11,585 nucleotides of DNA from the NCBI GenBank assembly GCA_050246315.1, contig JBFWWG010000003.1, positions 394,842-406,426 on the forward strand. The letters run 5' to 3'. This DNA comes from Nitrospiraceae bacterium (GTDB lineage Bacteria; Nitrospirota; Nitrospiria; Nitrospirales; Nitrospiraceae). Of the stretch, positions 5,847 through 11,585 are shown piece after piece; the first letter of the stretch is position 1, and every line of letters starts with the position of its first letter. The notes under the pieces were generated by a model. It did no database searches and was not told where the DNA came from. It saw only the letters and a list, made by a program, of their open reading frames with translations. The position numbers were made by a program, and so were the translations under genes.

Positions 5847-7756
5847 TTGGCGCTCCGGTTATCACATATGTACTGTCCATACCACAGCATGAATACCAAG
5901 AGCGTCCAGATCTTTACTTCATGATTGCGCACATGGCGATCATGCTCACCTAGCAACTTTTGGACGGTGGGGGCGTCGAAATATCCCGCCTTCGCAATGG
6001 CACCAACAGAAAGGTGATCTCGAACAAAATCTCGTAGCGGCCCCCGCAGCCAGTCGCTCAGCGGAATGGAAAACCCCTGTTTTCTGCGTCGCAAAATAGG
6101 CTCCGGAATAATACCTTCCAGCGCCTGGATCAAGACATATTTCTTCGTCATGCCGTGCAACTTGTATTTTGTCGGAATCGTCGCCGCAAACTCCACGACC
6201 TTATGATCCAGAAACGGCACACGTACCTCAAGCGAATGCCACATGCTCAGCCTATCGGTCTTGCGCAACTCATCGTCCGGCAGATAGGTATGCAGATCCG
6301 TTTGAAGCATCCACTCCAAGTGATCTTCTGTTGCTTCAACTTGTTCCATAGCCAACGGAGTCCAGTAATTCTTCTCGCACACGAGCGTTTGCCGGACGTC
6401 ATCACTGAACAGTTCGCTTTTCTCAGACTCGTCAAAGGCAGCTAAGAACCGCTGATACCGTTCCGGTAATGGAAGATCTACCCCTAGAGTAAACCGCTTC
6501 AGCCGATCGACCCAGAGACCCGCAGCGCGAACCTCTGGGAGGAGGTTGATGAGGGGATTCAACAGGCCCTGGCGCACAAGGCGCGGAATGTGCCGGTAGC
6601 GCTCCGCCGCCAACGCCCCGCGATAGCGCTCATAGCCCGCGAAGAGCTCATCGCCGCCCGTGCCTGACAAGGCGACGGTCACATATTTCCGCGCGGCTTC
6701 GGATATCATGTAGTTGGGGATGACTGACGAATCGGCAAACGGTTCGTCGAACGAACGCACGATCGCCGGCAACATAGCTGCGATCTGCCGTTCCGGGTCT
6801 TCGTACAGATACTCGGAATGGTCGGTGCCGTACTGAGTCGCAATGGTCCTCGCAAAGGGCCGCTCATCGACTCCGACCTGCCCGTCTTCGAACCCGATGG
6901 TGAAGGTCTTCACCTTCCCCTGCCCGACCCGCGACATCAGAGCGACAATCGCGCTGGAATCGATGCCGCCGCTGAGGAATGCCCCCAGCGGAACTTCGCT
7001 GACCAGATGCAGCCGCACGGCCTCCTCAAGCTCGTGCAGCAACCCTTCGGCATAGTATTCGAGCGAGCGACTGTCGCCCGATGCCGGCTTGAGCTGCCAA
7101 TACCGTTTGACGTGAAAGACTCCGTCGCTCCACAGACCGATGTGAGCCGGTGGAAGCTCGCGAATGCCCTCATAGATCGTCTGCGGGCCCGGGACATACT
7201 TGAACGTCAGGTAATCGGAGAGAGCCGGCAGGTTGATCCTCCGTTCACACCCCTCAACGGCAAGCAGACATTTGAGCTCCGATCCGAAATATAATGCTCC
7301 ACCCTGGTGCCGGTAATAGCAGGGTTTGATGCCCAGACGGTCCCGCCCCAGCAGGAGCTTCTTCTGCCGGTCATCCCAGATCGCAAACGCGAACATACCG
7401 CGCAGATGGGAGACCAGTTCCTCTCCAAAGTCTTCGTAGAGGTGGACGAGGCACTCAGTATCCGAGGCCGTGAGCAACCGGTGCCCCCGCTTCTCAAGAC
7501 CTCGGCGAAGCTCGCGATAGTTATAGATCTCGCCATTGAAAACCACCCAGACCGACTTGTCCTCATTATGTATCGGTTGCTTTCCGGCATGCAGGTCGAT
7601 GATCGAAAGTCGACGCATCCCCAGCCCGACACGGTCTCCGAAATAGAACCCTTCATCGTCAGGGCCCCGCCTGGTGATCAATCCGCACATCCGGCGAACG
7701 AGGGACTCATCGACCGCTCCTACCTCCGGTTGCACGCTTCCGACAATGCCACACAT
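5843..7756 (-). CDS. asnB: Asparagine synthase (glutamine-hydrolyzing) family amidotransferase, glycan-cluster type
   Basis: N-terminal MCGI (Ntn nucleophile Cys2), RGPD, RRLSIIDL, QP, FNGEIYNY, SDTE, LRGMFAFAIWD, RDRLGIKP, the PP-loop SGGIDSS, SGTGGDELFAGY, EVRVPFLD and KQGF. Confidence 0.95.
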   Translation of the reverse strand: MCGIVGSVQPEVGAVDESLVRRMCGLITRRGPDDEGFYFGDRVGLGMRRLSIIDLHAGKQPIHNEDKSVWVVFNGEIYNYRELRRGLEKRGHRLLTASDTECLVHLYEDFGEELVSHLRGMFAFAIWDDRQKKLLLGRDRLGIKPCYYRHQGGALYFGSELKCLLAVEGCERRINLPALSDYLTFKYVPGPQTIYEGIRELPPAHIGLWSDGVFHVKRYWQLKPASGDSRSLEYYAEGLLHELEEAVRLHLVSEVPLGAFLSGGIDSSAIVALMSRVGQGKVKTFTIGFEDGQVGVDERPFARTIATQYGTDHSEYLYEDPERQIAAMLPAIVRSFDEPFADSSVIPNYMISEAARKYVTVALSGTGGDELFAGYERYRGALAAERYRHIPRLVRQGLLNPLINLLPEVRAAGLWVDRLKRFTLGVDLPLPERYQRFLAAFDESEKSELFSDDVRQTLVCEKNYWTPLAMEQVEATEDHLEWMLQTDLHTYLPDDELRKTDRLSMWHSLEVRVPFLDHKVVEFAATIPTKYKLHGMTKKYVLIQALEGIIPEPILRRRKQGFSIPLSDWLRGPLRDFVRDHLSVGAIAKAGYFDAPTVQKLLGEHDRHVRNHEVKIWTLLVFMLWYGQYICDNRSAK

Positions 7757-7766
7757 CGTCTATGCC

Positions 7767-8987
7767 TCAGCGATTGACCTGTTGCGAGGATGTGGTGCCG
7801 CGGGACATGCGTCCCCAATGCTGCCGCCCGTACCCCAGCATTCCCAGCAGCTCAATGGTAAGACGCCAAGGCAAGAACAGGGGCACGAGCAGTAACCCGC
7901 TCAACGCTCTTATCGGCGACTCGGTCGAAAAGACTCCCAGCATGAAGTAGCCTGCAATTGCCATGAACAGCGCCAGGGCCCACGTTGCGGTAAAGCCCCA
8001 CACCGGATCACCGACATTCATCCAACTCAGTGCGAGACAGAGGATCGATAACGACGCCTGGCTCGAATAGTTCGGCGCGACCAGTGTCACGGCTGAGTCG
8101 ACTAATGATACGGATCCGGTCCGAATCCCGTGCCGGAGGAGCGCCCATACCTTGTTTCCCATGACAGCATACCGGCCGCTGGCCCACCGCAGCCGCTGCC
8201 GCGACGCTTGCTTCAGATCCTGCGACTCCTTCGCATAGGTCTTGGCCAGAGGGTTAAAGTAAATATGTTCTCCGCCCAGCAACAGTTCAACGGAGAATTC
8301 CCAATCTTCACCGACCGAGAACGCCGTCCATCCGTATCGTTCCAGTGCTGTTGCCCCGATGCACATGCCCGTCCCGGTCAACATGCCAGACAATCCCAAG
8401 ACGGTTTTCCCGGTATAGTAGCGGCCGTTTCGGAGCGCGCCCGTGACCGCGATGATGCGGGTGAACGGCGTCGCCCAGGGGTTGGAAATGTAATTGTAGC
8501 CCTGTTGAACCTGATGACCGGCCCGGAGGCCCCAATGGAAGGCGGGCAGGAGCTCTCGATCCACGACCGTATCGGCATCGACAATGACCACTGCGTCAAA
8601 CGGAAGCTGGACTCTCCTCGCTTCCTGAATGCCCCAGGCAATCGCCGCCCCCTTGCCCGATATTCCCTCAGACCGTTCGAAGCACGCGACCCCATGCTTT
8701 CGAGCAACGGCGGCGGTTGCATCCACACAGCGATCGGCAATGACAACGACTCGAAAGGAGTCCGGAGGATAATCAAGGCGCTTGAAGCCTTCGAGCGTGC
8801 TCTCGATCCCAAACTCCTCGTTGTGAGCCGGAATCAACACCAGAAACCGGCTGCGCTTTTCCTCGATGGGATGGATTTTCGGAGGGCGGAAGAACAGAGA
8901 GATCACACCGAGAACCCATTGATACAAAGCCAGCAGGCTGAATGGGAATAATAGCACAACCGTAAGAATGCCGCTGAGGTCATTCAT
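7767..8987 (-). CDS. GT2 glycosyltransferase, cellulose synthase/PgaC-like (D,D,D,QxxRW)
   Basis: An N-terminal TM helix, LIPAHNEE, IADRCVD, GKGAA, VDAD, GTGMC, GED, QRLRW and C-terminal TM helices. Confidence 0.92.
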   Translation of the reverse strand: MNDLSGILTVVLLFPFSLLALYQWVLGVISLFFRPPKIHPIEEKRSRFLVLIPAHNEEFGIESTLEGFKRLDYPPDSFRVVVIADRCVDATAAVARKHGVACFERSEGISGKGAAIAWGIQEARRVQLPFDAVVIVDADTVVDRELLPAFHWGLRAGHQVQQGYNYISNPWATPFTRIIAVTGALRNGRYYTGKTVLGLSGMLTGTGMCIGATALERYGWTAFSVGEDWEFSVELLLGGEHIYFNPLAKTYAKESQDLKQASRQRLRWASGRYAVMGNKVWALLRHGIRTGSVSLVDSAVTLVAPNYSSQASLSILCLALSWMNVGDPVWGFTATWALALFMAIAGYFMLGVFSTESPIRALSGLLLVPLFLPWRLTIELLGMLGYGRQHWGRMSRGTTSSQQVNR

Positions 8988-9140
8988 GCTGAATCAGACA
9001 ATACTCATGCCGATGATCCGGAGATCAATTGGAGGGATCGGGTCCTCGATGCCTGATCGAACCATGCACGGCAGGCCGGTGGGCCACGGGATCATGAAGG
9101 AACGATAGGTCAGTCTGCTCCTCCGAAATAGTGCCTCCGC

Positions 9141-10274
9141 TCATATCGCAGGCTGTCCCACAAGCTCGTGATAGAGCATCGCAACTTTCCCGCTCATTGA
9201 ATCAGCCGAAAACTCCCGTTGAACCCGAAGTTGGCCGGCTTTGCCGCAACGTTCAGCCAGATCTCGGTCATCAAGAAACTTCATGCACCCTTCGGCCAAG
9301 GCATCGGGAGCAGCTGGTGAACTCAACAACCCATGTTCGGAATCAGTGATGACTTCGGGAATACCTCCGACCTTGGTCGCGACAATGGGACGGGCCAACG
9401 CCATCGCTTCCAGAATAACCATCGGAATCCCTTCGTGAAGCGATGGTAACACGAATACATCCATCGCGCCTATCAAATCATGGCTGTCATCGCGATGGCC
9501 CAGGAATGTGACATGATCGGCGATATCGAGATCCCTGGCCCTATCCCTGAGATGATTCAGCAGAGGCCCGTCCCCCACAATCGCAAAGTGCAGATCTCGC
9601 CGCTGCCGCAATAGTCGCTGGGCTGAGAGGAGGAAATGCTCATGGCCTTTCACGGCTGTCAGGCGACCTACGGTACCGATGAGGTAGCACGAAGGATTGA
9701 TCCCCAGTTGGTATCGCGTCTCTCGCGGTGCCCTGATTCGCTGGATCTGACCGATGGGTATTCCGTTGTGAATTTGCACAACCTTTTTGGAACCAAATCG
9801 ACGACTCAGCACCTGCTCGATCTCTAGGGACACGGCAATCACGCGATCCGCCCTCAGCTTGATAGCCACATCGTCACAGAACTCGTAGAAACGCATGCGG
9901 AACGATTGGATTCCTTGAAACGGTTCCATCAAGCCGTGCACAGTTCTCACCACATGAGGAATTCTGCAGCGTGCGGCAGCAATCGTGCCCAGAATGGTAT
10001 CCTTGTACTTGTGGGTGTGCAGAAGTTCGAATTTGTGTCTGCGACAATAACCTATCAGGTTCCGCAACAACGTCAGGCTATTCTGCTTCGACTCGGGAAA
10101 CACCGCCACCGGCGCTCCGAGTTTCCTCAGTTCCGAGGCTAGTCGTCCCTCATTGAACAGCACAATGGCTAACTCCAAGTCCGTCCGTTTGACGAGATGC
10201 TCGACTAGCGCCACCAATTGAACTTCGGCGCCTGCCCACAAATCACCAAGAGCGACATGGCAAATTCTGATCAT
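9141..10274 (-). CDS. GT4 family (GT-B) glycosyltransferase
   Basis: IRICHV...AGAE, LHTH, TVHG, IHNGI, IGTVGRL..VKGH, IVGDGP, FLGHR.D, DVFVLPSLHEGIPMVILEAMA..RPIVAT.VGGIPEVI. I prefer ATG 10274 (GAGAG just upstream) over the track's TTG 10304. Confidence 0.93.
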   Translation of the reverse strand: MIRICHVALGDLWAGAEVQLVALVEHLVKRTDLELAIVLFNEGRLASELRKLGAPVAVFPESKQNSLTLLRNLIGYCRRHKFELLHTHKYKDTILGTIAAARCRIPHVVRTVHGLMEPFQGIQSFRMRFYEFCDDVAIKLRADRVIAVSLEIEQVLSRRFGSKKVVQIHNGIPIGQIQRIRAPRETRYQLGINPSCYLIGTVGRLTAVKGHEHFLLSAQRLLRQRRDLHFAIVGDGPLLNHLRDRARDLDIADHVTFLGHRDDSHDLIGAMDVFVLPSLHEGIPMVILEAMALARPIVATKVGGIPEVITDSEHGLLSSPAAPDALAEGCMKFLDDRDLAERCGKAGQLRVQREFSADSMSGKVAMLYHELVGQPAI

Positions 10275-10338
10275 CAGACTCTCAAACCGAACTGAGACCG
10301 CCAATCCTGTGCAGCACTCATTGTAACCCGGAGGAAGA

Positions 10339-10368
10339 TAGACAGAATTCCTTGCGCTACCATATAAT
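10339..10368 (+). promoter_or_regulatory. Putative sigma70-type promoter for the methyltransferase
   Basis: TAGACA (10339-10344, 5/6 match to TTGACA), an 18-bp spacer and a perfect TATAAT (10363-10368), all in the divergent intergenic region. Confidence 0.5.
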
Positions 10369-10446
10369 TTGGCCGTGTTGACGATTCCGGTGCGATGGGT
10401 GTGAGCAAGGACACTTCTTTACCTCAACCATGACGGGAGCTGACGG

Positions 10447-11190
10447 ATGATCACCCAGGACCGATGGCAGGTAGCACAGGAGTATGAGCGGTCGTTTTGG
10501 CAAAACCAAGCTCGCCAGATTGCCGCAGGTGCCGTTGGCCAAATGAGCTGGTATTCGTGGAAGGCCAAGCTCATGGAAGAGCACCTCTCAGAGTTTCTTC
10601 GTCCGGAAATGAAGGACACGGCCGTCGTTCTTGAAATCGGGAGCGGGCCGGTCGGCATCGCCAGCTTTCTGCACTGGGGCAAGCGCCATGCCGTCGATCC
10701 ACTTGAAGACTTCTACCGTTCCGAACAAGCCCTTTGTCAGCTTCGCGACAAGGCGGTGAACTATACCGCTGGAAGCGGAGAACGGCTCGAGTTCGAATCC
10801 AATACCTTCTCACTGGTCGTACTCGACAATGTCCTCGACCATGTCCATCAAGCTTCGGAGGTCCTGCACGAGATTAGTCGAGTGATGCGACCGGACGCGC
10901 TGCTGTATTTTGCCGTGAACATTCATACGGCCTGGGGTGCATTCCTGCATCGCATCCTCTCACGACTCAAAATCGACCGGGGGCATCCCTATACCTTTAC
11001 GGCCTCTTCGATACGTGGATTTCTCACAGCTCACGGCTTTACGGTGCAGAAAGAATTCATCAACGATTACCGGAAAGCAAAGGAACAAGATCTCAAATCA
11101 GCGGCCATGAAGGCCAAGCTGAAAGCTTATGCGGGCCTTTCAGAATTCATTTACTACGCGGTGTGCAGCAAGCCGGACTTTATGCGATAG
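10447..11190 (+). CDS. Class I SAM-dependent methyltransferase (Methyltransf_11-like)
   Basis: Motif I VLEIGSGPVG, acidic VDP, GSGERLEFESNTFSLVVLDNVLDHV and EISRVMRPD. A GGGAG RBS lies at 10435-10439. Confidence 0.9.
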   Translation: MITQDRWQVAQEYERSFWQNQARQIAAGAVGQMSWYSWKAKLMEEHLSEFLRPEMKDTAVVLEIGSGPVGIASFLHWGKRHAVDPLEDFYRSEQALCQLRDKAVNYTAGSGERLEFESNTFSLVVLDNVLDHVHQASEVLHEISRVMRPDALLYFAVNIHTAWGAFLHRILSRLKIDRGHPYTFTASSIRGFLTAHGFTVQKEFINDYRKAKEQDLKSAAMKAKLKAYAGLSEFIYYAVCSKPDFMR

Positions 11191-11254
11191 CACGAATCGA
11201 CAGAAGGATCTTGGATCGCCAATCGAGCAAAGTCGCTCTCAGCGCGTACCTTAC

Positions 11255-11585
11255 ATGAAGGCACTCCCTGTTCGAAAGCAGATTTTATTTTCAGTTATCC
11301 TCGTTATACTCGGGCTGATCATTCTAGAATCCTCCGTCAGACTTGGAGCCTTCCTTCTCTACAATAGGAGCCCTTACTTCCTTTTCTATGGATTCCGATC
11401 GTTCATGGCTGATGACGATCCGGAAGGACACTCCGCTGCCTACGATGGCTATTTCAAGTTCCCCCCGAATAGAACGCTAAGACAGTATGGTATGTTTCAA
11501 TAGCCAACACCGATTCGTATCAATTCGCTTGGCTTTCGCGGAGAGGACTTCTCGCCCCAAAAGGATCCTGACGTTGTTCGAGTGT
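11255..11585 (+). pseudogene. Membrane-anchored SGNH/GDSL hydrolase-family gene with an in-frame TAG at 11501-11503 (3'-truncated by the window edge)
   Basis: The ORF starts MKALPVRKQILF...LIILESSVR (N-terminal TM anchor ending in E-x-x-x-R). After the TAG the same frame continues PTPIRINSLGFRGEDFSPQKDPDVVRV. This is the characteristic INSxGFRG...K....R segment that precedes the catalytic G-D/G-S block in glycan-cluster SGNH proteins. The catalytic block itself is outside the window. Confidence 0.7.

Noticed and set aside
6818..8951. Long + strand ORFs 6818-7294, 7307-7777 and 8130-8951
   Set aside because: They lie fully antisense to the well-supported asnB and GT2 genes and have no recognisable motifs.
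11501..11503. Pyrrolysine or genetic-code reassignment of TAG
   Set aside because: Several neighbouring genes end normally at TAG, no pyl genes are in view, and this protein family is not a known pyrrolysine user.

Overview
This window is a bacterial cell-surface glycan and surface-protein locus. Its style suggests Nitrospirota, but that is an inference only. On the + strand is the 3' part of a large Thr/Gly/Ala/Ser-rich surface protein with at least six tandem ~100-aa BACON-like Ig domains and a C-terminal FN3 domain. It is followed by a secreted jelly-roll, polysaccharide-lyase-like protein. Converging on these is a - strand operon: GT4, processive-type GT2, AsnB-family amidotransferase, GT-C (ArnT/PMT-like) transferase, GtrA flippase and GtrB-like GT2. 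A class I SAM methyltransferase and an SGNH/GDSL-type gene broken by an in-frame TAG lie divergently on the + strand. Four signals stand out. (1) The terminal FN3 of the stalk protein appears to lack its first beta-strand, while the next protein ends in a lone FN3 strand-A-like motif (DTTPPVAPTGLRAN), suggesting a split-FN3 strand-complementation docking system. (2) The stalk domains show near-identical, mosaic DNA repeats with a 603-bp period. (3) A low-GC gtrAB/GT-C cassette has an apparent boundary inside asnB. (4) The SGNH gene carries a premature stop. I saw no RNA genes, CRISPR arrays or mobile elements.
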